Shown piece by piece: positions 1 to 11,746 of a DNA stretch of 64,000 bases. Under the pieces are notes generated by a model. The model did no database searches and had not been told where the DNA came from. It saw only the letters and a list, made by a program, of their open reading frames with translations. The DNA is from Octopus sinensis (taxonomy: Eukaryota), in NCBI RefSeq assembly GCF_006345805.1, contig NC_043002.1, positions 45,198,001-45,262,000 on the forward strand, written 5' to 3'. Each line of letters opens with the position of its first letter. Position 1 is the stretch's first letter. A program made the position numbers and the translations under genes.

Positions 1-573
1 CTGGTCATCGTAACCCACGGAGTGCCAGTTACTCGCTGCTTTTTTTAGCATTCTTTTTTGTTGTTGCCATTATATTTATCATGAGCATTTGTTAACTACC
101 TTAAAAATGTCCATTTTTTATATATTTTTATGGTTAGAATTATTAGCAGTGTTCTATCTATTGTTTTTCCCTGTATAACACATTTCCAGTAAGTTACTAT
201 AATTTATCATCCTTTAGATTTGTAAAAATTTATCCCGTCTTAAAATATAACAACGCTTAACGTTATTATTTATTCCAAATATCCGTGTGTGTATCAAAAC
301 TTTGATTTTTTCCTGCTCCCTCCAACTTTATTACTTCGGCGCATCTTCCACCATCATCAATTTCCAATCTTCTTTTTCTCGTCTTCTCCCCCTTACAACT
401 CCCGCGTTCCTATAATATCTATTACTTTGAACCTTGACTCCACCGACGCTCTTTCTACTTTATCCCTATCTCTCTTTTATCCATCCTAGTCAATCCTTTC
501 CTTAGCCTCTTTTCTTCTGTCCATCGTTTCATTTAGCCTTTTCCTTCAAAAACTTCTCTCTTGGCATATCTCA

Positions 574-574
<1 letters not shown>

Positions 575-615
<41 letters not shown>

Positions 616-619
616 ACTT

Positions 620-674
<55 letters not shown>

Positions 675-692
675 CAATCAATCAATCAATCA
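575..692. repeat. (TC)n microsatellite followed by (TCAA)n
   Basis: Direct inspection of the sequence. Confidence 0.95.
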
Positions 693-939
693 AAACCAAT
701 CAGAACGGCTCAATTTGTAGTTTCTGTCACAAGACTTCTCTGACGGGGCATATGAAATATTTGCTATGCTGAAACACCGCTGGACATGTGAGAGATGAAT
801 AATGAATAACTTATTCACAAAGGACTTTGCGTTCCACATTCGTTCTTACAAAATTGCGGACTAACTAGATCAGCTCCTCTCTCTCCTCCTCTCTCTCCTC
901 TCCCTCTCCCTTGCACTCACACACACATATATTATTCAA

Positions 940-1115
940 ATTTACAGAAAACAAAAGACGAAGACAGGTGAGGGAACAACAAGCAGTTGTATTAGTTTGA
1001 CACTTGGGAAGAATGGAAACGTCTTCGACGTTTCGAGCCTACGCTCTTCGACAGTAAGGGTTGAAGGGAAAAGACGAAGAGATTAAGAAAAAAGACAGAG
1101 AAAGAAAGAAATGTA
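940..1115. mobile_element. Interspersed repeat fragment, probably Penelope-like terminal region (second copy at ~41205-41390)
   Basis: AAAGACGAAGACAGGTG...GTATTAGT...CGTTTCGAGCCTACGCTCTTC..CAG occurs here and near 41.2 kb. The class assignment is inference. Confidence 0.5.
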
Positions 1116-2502
1116 TAGAGATTAACAGTTCAACATGGTGAATATATATATATGTGTGTGTGGTGTGTGTGTGTGTGTGTGGTGTGTGTGTGTGTGTGTG
1201 TGTATGTAGTGTGTGTGTGTGTGTGTGCATGTGAACACATGTGTACATATGTAGAAATGGGTGGGTGATATAGGAACATAAATAATTGGATCTGGCTAGT
1301 ATGGTTGGTGTAATTGCTACAAATTAATAGTTCGAAAGGAAAATGCACGGGATCAGAGTTCTCGTGGTGGTGGAGAATTCTGAGAAAGAACTGCGTAAAA
1401 CATCCAACAAAGAACTTTACAATTGGATATCGGGTAATTTTAGTTTGGGACTACAAAAATAGGTCGGAAATTATAGTAAGTGAGCGTATGTGTATTCGTG
1501 TTATATATAAAGGATAAACATAATATATAATTTGAGATATTCCAAAGCTGCTTAGGATATCTAATTGCTTAAATGATTGCTTTGCAACTTCAAGGTGTTA
1601 AGTACACAATAATTTTGTTTCTGTCTCCACTCCTAATAATAATTATTTATGAGTTCACTGCCTCTGAAGAACAGTGATACTGATGAATAATTTCCCATTT
1701 ATTTGTTATAATTACGATATATATTTTATTAATTTTTATACATTATACATTTTTTATAGGTTCCTATATAGAATATCTACGGCTACAAAATATTTATATT
1801 AAAAACAAAATAATTACCAGAAAAAATTAGTTTAGATGAAGACATAAAATGAAATTAAATGTTTTTTTTAAATGCTACACGACAAAATATTCGACAGAAA
1901 TTTAATATAGATAATAATCTGTAATTGAAGAAGGCTTTTTGACATAAATTAGATTAAATTTGCCAATATCTAAAATTTAGATTTAATAGAAAACTGCTCG
2001 GGTCATTGCACAATGGAATTGAATTTATATATACTTTTTTAATTGAATATGTATGTGTGTGTATGTATGTGTGTGTACGTATGTATGTATTTATTTATTT
2101 ATTTATGTATGTGTGTATATATGTGAGAGAGAGAGAGAGAGAGAACGATAAGGAAATGAGGGGACAGACACAGACAGAGAGACTGCTAGATACAAACCTA
2201 ATTTGAAGCTAACACTAAAAAGATATCGTCAAAACATGTATAGAAACATACCCGGAGATGCAGGACTGTGTTAATAGATATTGTAGATTCAATAAATGAG
2301 AAAGCCTAAACATGTTCTAGTTGAACTACGCTTAAAGAATAAAACTTTGGTCACGGGTGTGACGTCTCTGATCACAGAACTGCTTAATTATAGCAAATTT
2401 GTGGGTAACCCACAACAGAACAACAGAGAAGTCTAATTCGAACCAGTAGCCGCAGCCTAATTTTGAGTGATATGTTTGCTTTTTTATTTTATTTATTATT
2501 CC

Positions 2503-2519
2503 AGGAATAAAAAATATTA
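2503..2519. repeat. Left TSD of the host SINE (partner at 18847-18863)
   Basis: AGGAATAAAAAATATTA vs AGGAATAGAAAATATTA, 16/17 identical, directly abutting the SINE tail on one side and the SINE head on the other. Confidence 0.8.
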
Positions 2520-2679
2520 GTTTCGAATTTTCGCACAAAGCCAGTAACTTCGGGGGTGGGGGAAGTTGATTACATTGACACGAGTGTACAACTGGAACTT
2601 ATTTCATCGACCCGAAAGAATGAAGGGCAAAGTCACCTCGGAGGAATTTGAACTCAGATCGTAAAGACGGAAGAAATGC
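2520..2679 (-). mobile_element. Host tRNA-derived SINE, body and 3' tail (older-type sequence)
   Basis: Matches the SINE body seen at 27634-27796, 38779-38940 and 45720-45880. Contains the B-box-like GAGTTCAAATTCC on the minus strand. Confidence 0.85.
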
Positions 2680-2864
2680 CTATTTCTTTATTACCCACAA
2701 GGGGCTAAACACAGAGAGGACAAACAAGGACAGACAAACGGATTAAGCCGATTACATCGACCCCAGTGCGTAACTGGTACTTAATTTATCGACCCCCGAA
2801 AGGATGAAAGGCAAAGTCGACCTCGGCGGAATTTGAACTCAGAACGTAACGGCAGACGAAATAC
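2680..2864 (-). mobile_element. Tailed SINE unit (SINE body plus Tx1-type 3' tail) inserted at site A
   Basis: Same ~185-bp unit as 28039-28222. Ends (sense) ...GTGTTTAGCCCCTTGTGGGTAATAAAGAAATAG, directly followed by GCATTTC of the host. Confidence 0.9.
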
Positions 2865-3108
2865 GAATTTCTTTATTGCCCACCGGGGGCCAAACATAGA
2901 TATGGACAGTACAACTGATGGGATCAGTGAATCGATATGATTTTACATAAATGTGACATCAAAAATAAAATACAATACATAAAAATCGAATGGAATACAC
3001 AGTACAAAAACAATACAAATGAAGCGATGATCAAGTTACGCTCCGATCCCACAAGCCCCGATCTACCGCTGATACCTTTTATTTTTCCTTTTTTTTTTCC
3101 TCGTCTAT

Positions 3109-6100
3109 TCACACGGTTCCTTGCACGCACAACACTCGTGCAACATACTTCCATCTCTTTTGGAACGTACACTCTGACAGACACCTCTTCTCCAGCCACA
3201 GTTTCCTTTTCAAATGAAAAGAAAAAAAGGATCGTAAATTGTCACCAGAGATAAAGTTGCCTGTCTTAATTCCTTTATCCTAGTATTCCATACAGCCTCT
3301 TTTGCTATTGCTACAACCGTGAGAAAACAATTCTTACCTTCGTTCGTTAGAACTCCCGGTGGGTCAATTTTTATAATTGACTCAGTCGACAGCCGTACTC
3401 TTCCTTCGCCGGACAACAGATGTTCAGCATAAGCCCACATTTCAGTTATCTCCGGACACTGAACAATAGCGTGAGGGACGGTTCCCTGTCCCCCCGCATC
3501 TTGGACAGGTCGGCGACTGACGTTTACCATGTCTTGCGAGCTTATCCCAAACGGGCAAGGCACCTCTGTAGCATTGCCAGGTTAAGGACTTTTGGAAGTT
3601 GTCCAACGTTCTCAACCCGAATGTACGATGAAACAAGCTGTCCAGTTGAATAAATCCGAGACCTAGAGTCGACCCCAGGCCATCGTCGCATTCAGACTCT
3701 ACCAACCCACTATATAAAATCCGTGTGGAACCCCCACCGCTGGCGTTGCCCGAGCGCCGGAACAGCAAGAGGGCCTTACGGCACTCTTTATGCCACTCAC
3801 TCGACCTCGGTCTACGAGAACACCAGGCTTCCTGTTCGCAAAAACTCTTGAACTCAGGGAACATTTGTCTGGCCAGCGGAGACCACACCCGTTCACTATC
3901 CAGGAGAATCCAGAGGTGCCTCAACCTCAACGCATGTCTGCGCATCATTAACCAAGGCATCCCTAAACCTCCATTTAAAGGCTTTTGACAGCAGACAGAG
4001 CGTTTCACAAGTGGCGACCTGCCCTTCCACAAAAAGCGAAAGAGCTGTCTCTCCAACCTGATCAACCACGAATCCGGACAGGGCACGACAGTCAGGCGGT
4101 AGGTAATGACCGATGCGATAAAACATTGGCCACTTCCGCCCTCCCTTTCAGGGATAGCCACCGCCAAGACCAGGTCTTGACTACTGCAGCCACCCTGCTC
4201 AATACCTCCGTCCAGTTCTTCTCTATCTGGAGGCCTGGTCCAAACCAGACTCCCAGCAACTTAACCGGTCCCTCCGTCCAGCGCCTAACAACACTGTCTG
4301 AAGGCATCGACTTGCCAACCCAGGTGCCGAGCTGCAAGCCGACCGACTTTTCCCGGTTAATCTTTGCTCCTGCTACCTCCTCGTAAGCCTCAATAGTCTT
4401 ACCTACTTCACGTAGGCGTGCCACTGTGGTTACACTGATAGTGATATCATCCGCGAAAGCCGTAACAAACTCCTCTAGTCCTGGTTCTCTCGGGATGCCA
4501 CTCAACCTTTGCAGTAATGGCTCGAGAGCCATCACATACAAAAGTGGTGAAAGCGGACATCCTTGACGAACCGAGCGTCTGATGCAGAACGGCTTCGAAA
4601 GGAAACCGTTCACCCGAACTATCGAGTCAATGTTGTGGTACAAAGCGATAAACCACCTGAGGAAGCCAAGGCCAGGCCAAACCGCGCAAGTACAGTCGCT
4701 AGGTATCGATGGTCAACCCTATCAAAAGCTTTAGACTGGTCCAAATGCACCAATGCCCCACCTTTGCCAGATTTATTACCAAACCTCTCTATGGTATAGC
4801 GAATAAGATGGAGGGTATCCTGAATGGTTCTGCCTGGGATGGCACATGTCTGTGCCTCCCCGACTATACCATTCGCGACACGCGCCAACCTTTTTGCTAG
4901 AACCTTGGCCAAAATCTTCACTTCTGCGTTTAACAGAGTGATGGGCCTGAAATTCTCTAGAACGTCCCCCTTGTCCGGGTCCTTTCTGACCAACGTCACT
5001 ACTCCCCGGCGCACAGATCTGGGGATAAACCCATTCTGTTTCCAGTTCGCGTACACGTCAGTCAGTAGTTGCCCGAACAAGTCTGGCATACATTTATACA
5101 GCTCGTACGGAAGACCATCAAGTCCCGGTGACTTACCCGCTTTACAATCGGCCAAAGCCTCCATCACCTCCTCAAGTGTGATTGGCCCTTCGCAAGACTC
5201 CGCATCCGACCCCGAGAGGCACGGCAGCCCGGTAAGAAAGTCCTCGAGGGCTCTCCCACCACCAGGACCGCCGTCACCCCGAACAGCTGGGCGAAAGTAC
5301 TCCCGAAAGACCTCACACATTTTCTCGGGTTCGTTTATCAAGACACCATTTTGATTCGTCAAAGACCGAATAGAGGAACTATTTCCTTGCCGAGCTTCCA
5401 CCACTCGGGCCCATCCAGCGGCTTTGATTCCTTCACTTCCCATTGCACGTAACTTAGCTCTGGTAATACTTCCCATGTGGTGGGCTTCAAGATGCTGGTT
5501 TAACTCCAGTCTTTTCACCCTCGCTTGGTCTGTATTACCAGTCCTCCAGGCTTCTTCTAGTTCCTTAACTAGACCATCTCCTATTTTACGTCCCTTCTTA
5601 GCTAAACTTATGCTAAACCTAATAGACTCATATTTGATGGCTCTTTTAGGGCGTACCACCATTTGTTATTAATGATGGTACCTGTTAATGCCCTCTGTAT
5701 TAACATCTTGATCCGCTTTCTGTACTCCTCAATCGCCAAAAGGGACGTATTGAGTTTCCAGTAGCCAGATCCCTGTCTATGCAACTTATCTACCGTCAGT
5801 TTACAGGTAACCATCTTGTGGTCACTGTAGCTGACTAGAAAAAACTGTGGACACTCAACTATGGACTTATCTTTTTCTCTAATTAAAATCCTATCTAGAT
5901 ATGTTCTGGTAGACCCGTCACTATTTGACCACGTCCACTGTGGAGTGTTCGGGTGCTCCAACCTATATGGATCTGCTAGCTGAAATTGACTTAGCAGATC
6001 CCGAAAGCCTGTGTTACATTTCTGTTCATGTTCGAGTTTGAGCCAACACAATCTGTGTGTGCTGCACATATTGTATTAGAGTCTCCTAACACTACTAGTG

Positions 6101-6502
6101 AATGCGACGTGGCTAGGAACTTTCCTAGGCCACGAAAATATTCAGTTTGCGGGCCAATAATGTTTGGTGCATAAATAGCGACCAGCCTGATTGTCTTGCC
6201 ACAACTGAATGTCAAGTCGAGAACGACCAGCCTGCCTTCTGGGTCAGAAAAAACCAACTTTTTCTCGGCTACCCGGTTTCTTTTAGTAGGACCAACACCC
6301 CACCCCCACCTCCCGCCCGACTCGGAGAAACGTATTTCTCGTAGCCGTTCAGGAGGGGGAGCAGATCTCTTGGCCCCTTCACCCGGGTTTCCGTTGCAAC
6401 AATTACATCCAAATTTCTCGACCTGATGTCATTCAGAAAGCGTCCTTGCTTCCAGCTTGACAACAGGCCATGAACATTTAAACAACCAATGTGAATAGCC
6501 AT
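3109..6502 (-). CDS. F1 ORF2: AP endonuclease + reverse transcriptase + zf-RVT-type Cys/His motif (several frameshifts)
   Basis: APE motifs GCLNVHGL, ATETR, VAIYAPN, LGDSN (for GDFN), YLDRIL, SDHKMV. RT motifs FRPITLLNAEVKILAK, LDQSKAFDRVDH, RQGCPLSPLLY, AFADD. C-terminal CPRCG...HAIVQC. Pieced from ORFs 6269-6505, 5991-6257, 5608-6069, 4619-5662, 4092-4643, 3442-4167 and 3210-3563. Stop TGA at 3109-3111 by my manual reading. Confidence 0.9.
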
Positions 6503-6513
6503 CACTTACCTGT

Positions 6514-8034
6514 TTAATTAGGATTGTCCGGTGGAGGGGGACCCTCCACCTTTTTTTTATCCAGGGTCGGAGGTGGACGGTCTTGGGAAATAGATTTGTC
6601 AAAATCCCGTCTCACCACCGACACAGAATTATCAGGTGGAGGGGGAATCTCCACCTTTTCCTTTTCTCGCGGGATCGGAGATGGTAATCCATGAAATATC
6701 GACTTGTTAAAATCTAATCTCAATGAAGATACAGTCTTTCTGTACTTATTTTGTAGAATTCTATAAGTCTTATTTGAGACTTCATATATGTCGTAATTGA
6801 TAAATTCCTCTGAAAGGTTATCAATTTTTTTACAGTCTTTATGAGTTGAATGTCTCTCATGAGCTCAGTATCTTTAGTGTATACGGCTATTATGCCTTTT
6901 TCTTCTTTTTCTCTTCTGGCAGTCTTTTTTGGTCGTTGTTCTGTAGTAGTCGCCGCTCTCGGCTGGGTTGCTGATTGTATTTTCTTTTGTTTGTTGTTTT
7001 TTCTCATCTGTTTCTTCTTTATCTTCTTCCTCTTTGTCTTTTTTCTCCTCTTCCTCCTCTTCTTCATTTTCCTTGCAGTTCCTTCGAATGTGGCCTAATT
7101 GACCACATAAAAAACATCGAGGTTTTCGGCCCTCAACAAACACCACGAGGTTCTCCTCCCCTACCTCAATTGTCTCAGGAATTGTTTGAATTATTTTAGG
7201 GTCCGCTTGAATGAGAAGATTAATTGTTTGACCATCCCAGCGTGGGTTTTCCGTAGCGGTAGCCTGGAGGAGGAGAGTTTTTTCTACCTCTTTGATTAGG
7301 ACTGCCGCCAACAACCACATAGGTTCGACCTCTGGCGGGACCCTTGTAATTTTTATTCGCGACGTCCTCATCCCCATATAATAGGGTATTAACTCCACGT
7401 CGTTCGTTTTCAACGTTTCAACTGAGTTCTTGTGTGCTATTTCTTTATTGGTGAACCTTACTTCCACCGTTCCGAATTTTTTTCCTCTTCTCAGAAATAC
7501 TACGTCGCCCAATATTGGCTTTAAGCACTTTTCTATTTTCTCTTCTGACATTCTTTCAATTTTCTATTTTGTAGACAATATGTTTTGAAAATTATTGTTT
7601 TTTGCTTTTTTCCTGTAATAACTTTTGCGGAGGTTCAATTTTCACACTGTTGTCAGTTATTTCCATCATTTTGCTGTATTTCATAATTTCGCTTTTATTC
7701 GTCGACAGTATCTGGGTTCCACCCCCAGCAGCCAACGCAAAATTTTTTTCCATTTTTGGTTCTATCTGGATGCTAGGCACATCAATTATTCTCTTCGACA
7801 CAATGCCTTTGTTCTCTGGCAAAGTCGGAAACTCTTCTGGTGAAAGTTCTGACGAGCTCTCAGACACATCTCCAAAAATATCAAATATATTATCCTCTCT
7901 GCTATTCCTTCTTGTAGCGGGGAAACCCTATTTCCTTGTCTGTAGTTGGCTCCTCGCGCGGACATGTATTTCCTCCTCTCAACAGGAGAAACAAGTATTT
8001 CTGCTCCAACGGTAGGCTCCATGCTAGACGACAT
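6514..8034 (-). CDS. F1 ORF1: gag-like nucleic-acid-binding protein with CX2CX4HX4C knuckle (frameshifted)
   Basis: KPRCFLCGQLGHIRRNC in ORF 6874-7551, preceded by an RRM-like region (FGTVEVRF...RIKITRVPP). Flanking pieces are 7592-7867, 6720-7067 and 6514-6723. Boundaries approximate. Confidence 0.8.
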
Positions 8035-8205
8035 TCTTCCCCCCAAAGGGGGAATGAACAACGCGTGCTACCACAAGCACTAAGTGTTTTCAATTGAAAA
8101 CTCCAACAGTTAAGTTATTCAACAGTTTAACAAGAAACAACAGTTGTTAACAATATTAACACCACGAAACAGCAATTCTTACTTCACGAACACATGTGCG
8201 ACAGT

Positions 8206-8247
8206 CGAAATACGGCTACGCATTTCGCCCGGCGTGCTAACGTTTCT
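8206..8247 (-). mobile_element. Middle fragment of the host SINE head, between site A and site B
   Basis: CGAAATACGGCTACGCATTTCGCCCGGCGTGCTAACGTTTCT matches the uninterrupted heads at 27974-28030 and 28398-28455. Confidence 0.9.
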
Positions 8248-9990
8248 TATTTCTTTATTACCCACTAGGGGCGACACAGAAAGGGACACTAAGAAACATG
8301 GGGACATATAACATTATAATTAAATTTTATGAACATGAATTGTTAAACGAAAAAATGATTAAATGAAAGCGATACCAACGGCCCCGTCCGTCAGCATCAC
8401 TTACCTGTCCTTTGTTTTTCATAGTCACTTGAATGTTCTTGCCAATACGAATAAATTCCATATCCATTCTTACTCCGAAATACTCATCCATGTTTTCCAC
8501 GAATTCATCGCTCATTCTTATATCTTTCACCTCCCAATTCTTCCTTTCACACCTCCCCATAAACTCACCTATGTTCTTCTTTTCAATCACAGCATACCTA
8601 GTCTCACCAACATCATACCATTTATACTCTTCCATTAGACTTTTAACTTCTTTCTGTTCAGTCATAGTACAAATGTACGGCCTGATATCGATTTCAATCT
8701 CTTGTGTGTGTGTATTCTTTTTTTTCTTTTGTTTTCTTGTTGGGGGGGAGCGGGTGGGTTCAATGTCTGCATGGATAGGGTGGGACTCAGAGGGCGTGGG
8801 TGGTTTTGGGGTGGATTGGAGTTCCATATTATTTTTTTTCCACGTATTCTTCTCTTCCTCTTACTTCCAGCTTCCTTCCATTTCTGTGTATTCTCTTCCT
8901 CTGTTTCCTTCTCCTCTGGTTTCTGCTTCTCTCTCTCTGGTTCGGGATCCATTTCTTTCCCTGGGGGAGGGCAGAAGGCTCTTATGTGACCCCTCAGGCC
9001 ACACTTGTAACAACGTGGAGCCCTGCCCTCCACCCACACTCTCATGATCACTTCTCCCAGTCTGATGCTTTCCGTCAGGTCCACCAGTACCTCGGTCTCT
9101 GCCTGTACGTTCAGCTCCACTGTTACGCCTCTCCAGCCCTCGGACTTAACCGAGGCATGGAGAATATCACTTCGTCCTCGTGGCCGCTGATCACAGCCGC
9201 CACAATCCATTCTGCCTCCACGTTTGGTGGCACTCCCTCCACCCTTATTCGTGTAATCCTCCTGTTTAAATACGTAGGTAACAGTGTTACCTTTTCCGAC
9301 TTCACCGCCTTCGCTGCCATCTTCCTCGCTGCAGATTCACTTTTAAAATGCACAACTACGGTCCCATACTTGGATCCTCGAGTCAGAAAATTTATTTCCT
9401 CCTCAGTTCTTCGCAGGGCTTCCTCTATCCATTCCATGGTTACAACTTCTACCCTCTTCCTTTCGTTTGCGAACACCCTGTAAACAATGGTCCTCTTATC
9501 ATACCATTCTTTTCTCCTGGGTGTCGGTGATAGTTCCACCTCACCGCTTTCCTTTTTCATGTGTTTCTGGTAACTTGGTAGCTTGGCCAAGTCGACCCTT
9601 TCTCTTCCGCCTTCTTGGTTACACCGGCATAAGTATAACTCAGCTTCTTTTCCAAATTCTCGCTGCTGCCATTTCTAGCTCCTTCTCAGACAGTCTGATA
9701 AAGACTCGAAAACTCCAGCCTTTTCCTCCATCAGCTTCACTGCAATTGCCTGTTCCAGTTCCTCATCTGTCGTGGACAAGTCTGTTAGAGACTCATAGTC
9801 CATTTCCTTCTGTCTGACAGACCGAAAACGGCCGCCAAAACAGAAAAAAGTTTAACGCGCTGAACGAGCGAAACGCGAAACCGCGTCAACGCCGTTCAGA
9901 ATTTCCACAACAACAACAACGCTTTTTGTTTTTTTTTTACCGAATTTTCAGGAGCCGAAAAAAACACAACCGACGTCAAACGAAGTGTGA
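8248..9990 (-). mobile_element. ORF1-only non-autonomous Tx1 derivative NA1 (HAL1-like), 1.74 kb
   Basis: Bounded by CGTTTCT at 8241-8247 and 9991-9997. Termini shared with F2. Single gag-like ORF, no APE or RT. Confidence 0.85.
8327..9803 (-). CDS. NA1 ORF1-like protein (~490 aa consensus; frameshifted in this copy)
   Basis: Pieces 9123-9590, 8662-9210 and 8327-8827. Knuckle APRCYKCGLRGHIRAFC. ATG at 9801-9803 by alignment to NA3. Confidence 0.75.
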
Positions 9991-9997
9991 CGTTTCT

Positions 9998-11739
9998 TAT
10001 TTCTTTATTACCCACTAGGGGCGACACAGAAAGGGACACTAAGAAACATGGGGACATATAACATTATAATTAAACTTTATGAACATGAATTGTTAAACGA
10101 AAAAATGATTAAATGAAAGCGATACCAACGGCCCCGTCCGTCAGCATCACTTACCTGTCCTTTGTTTTTCATAGTCACTTGAATGTTCTTGCCAATACGA
10201 ACAAATTCCATATCCATTCTTACTCCGAAATACTCATCCATATTTTCCACGAATTCATCGCTCATTCTTATATCTTTCACCTCCCAATTCTCGCATTCAC
10301 ACATCACCATAAAGTCACCTATGTTCTTCTTTTCAATCACAGCATACCTAGTCTCACCAACATCATACCATTTATACTCTTCCATTAGACTTTTAACTTC
10401 TTTCTGTTCAGTCATAGTACAAATGTACGGCCTGATATCGATTTCAATCTCTTGTGTGTGTGTATTCTTTTTTTCTTTTGTTTCTTGTTGGGGGGAGCGG
10501 GTGGGTTCAATGTCTGCATGGATAGGGTGGGACTCAGAGGGCGTGGGTGGTTTGGGGTGGATTGGAGTTCCATATTATTTTCTTTTCCACGTATTCTTCT
10601 CTTCCTCTTACTTCCAGCTTCCTTCCATTTCTGTGTATTCTCTTCCTCTGTTTCCTTCTCCTCTGGTTTCTGCTTCTCTCTCTCTGGTTCGGGATCCATT
10701 TCTTTCCCTGGGGGAGGGCAGAAGGCTCTTATGTGACCCCTCAGGCCACACTTGTAACAACGTGGAGCCCTGCCCTCCACCCACACTCTCATGATCACTT
10801 CTCCCAGTCTGATGCTTTCCGTCAGGTCCACCAGTACCTCGGTCTCTGCCTGTACGTTCAGCTCCACTGTTACGCCTCTCCAGCCCTCGGACTTAACCGA
10901 GGCATGGAGAATATCCACTTCGTCCTCGTGGCCGCTGATCACAGCCGCCACAATCCATTCTGCCTCCACGTTTGGTGGCACTCCCTCCACCCTTATTCGT
11001 GTAATCCTCCTGTTTAAATACGTAGGTAACAGTGTTACCTTTTCCGACTTCACCGCCTTCGCTGCCATCTTCCTCGCTGCAGATTCACTTTTAAAGTGCA
11101 CAACTACGGTCCCGTACTTGGATCCTCGAGTCAGAAATTTATTTCCTCCTCAGTTCTTCGCAGGGCTTCCTCTATCCATTCCATGGATACAACTTCTACC
11201 CTCTTCCTTTCGTTTGCGCACACCCTGTAAACAATGGTCCTCTTATCATACCATTCTTTCTCCTGGGTGTCGGTGATAGTTCCACCTCACCGCTTTCCTT
11301 TTTCATGTGTTTCTGGTAACTTGGTAGCTTGGCCAAGTCGACCCTTTCTCTTCCGCCTTCTTGGTTACACCGGCATAAGTATAACTCAGCTTCTTTTCCA
11401 AATTCCTCGCTGCCATTTCTAGCTCCTTCTCAGACGTAGGCGAGTCTGATAAAGACTCGAAAACTCCAGCCTTTTCCTCCATCAGCTTCACTGCAATTGC
11501 CTGTTCCAGTTCCTCATCTGTCGTGGACAAGTCTGTTAGAGACTCATAGTCCATTTCCTTCTGTCTGACAGACCGAAAACGGCCGCCAAAACAGAAAAAA
11601 GTTTAACGCGCTGAACGAGCGAAACGCGAAACCGCGTCAACGCCGTTCAGAGTTTCCACAACAACAACCACGCTTTTTTTCTTTTTTACCGAATTTTCAG
11701 GAGCCGAAAAAACACAACCGACGTCAAACGAAGTGGTGA
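9998..11739 (-). mobile_element. ORF1-only element NA2
   Basis: Near-identical to NA1 and NA3. Bounded by CGTTTCT at 9991-9997 and 11740-11746. Confidence 0.85.
10077..11554 (-). CDS. NA2 ORF1-like protein (frameshifted)
   Basis: Pieces 11303-11554, 10412-11101 and 10077-10415. Confidence 0.75.
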
Positions 11740-11746
11740 CGTTTCT

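Larger units (their letters stand above)
2865..8205 (-). mobile_element. Full-length Tx1-like (L1 clade) non-LTR retrotransposon F1, 5.34 kb
   Basis: Gag-like ORF1 with CCHC knuckle plus ORF2 with APE, RT and C-terminal zinc finger. Flanked by the 8-bp direct repeat CGAAATAC (2857-2864 and 8206-8213) inside the SINE head. Confidence 0.92.

Noticed and set aside
289-2206. Short ORFs such as [26 protein letters not shown] and MHNGIEF...VCVCMYV
   Set aside because: Translations of microsatellites and low-complexity DNA. The same applies to the many YIYIYI, HTHTHT, SLSLSL and EEEE/DDDD ORFs between 29 and 58 kb.
2849-8213. A longer (~16-bp) TSD for F1
   Set aside because: Exact identity is only 8 bp (CGAAATAC). 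The extension has 2 mismatches in 8 and is better treated as target-like sequence at the element 5' end.
10077-10415. 112-aa ORF (MTEQKEV...) as a separate second gene in NA
   Set aside because: Comparing the three copies shows it joins the upstream ORF1 frame once homopolymer indels are reconciled, so I treat it as the ORF1 C-terminal domain.
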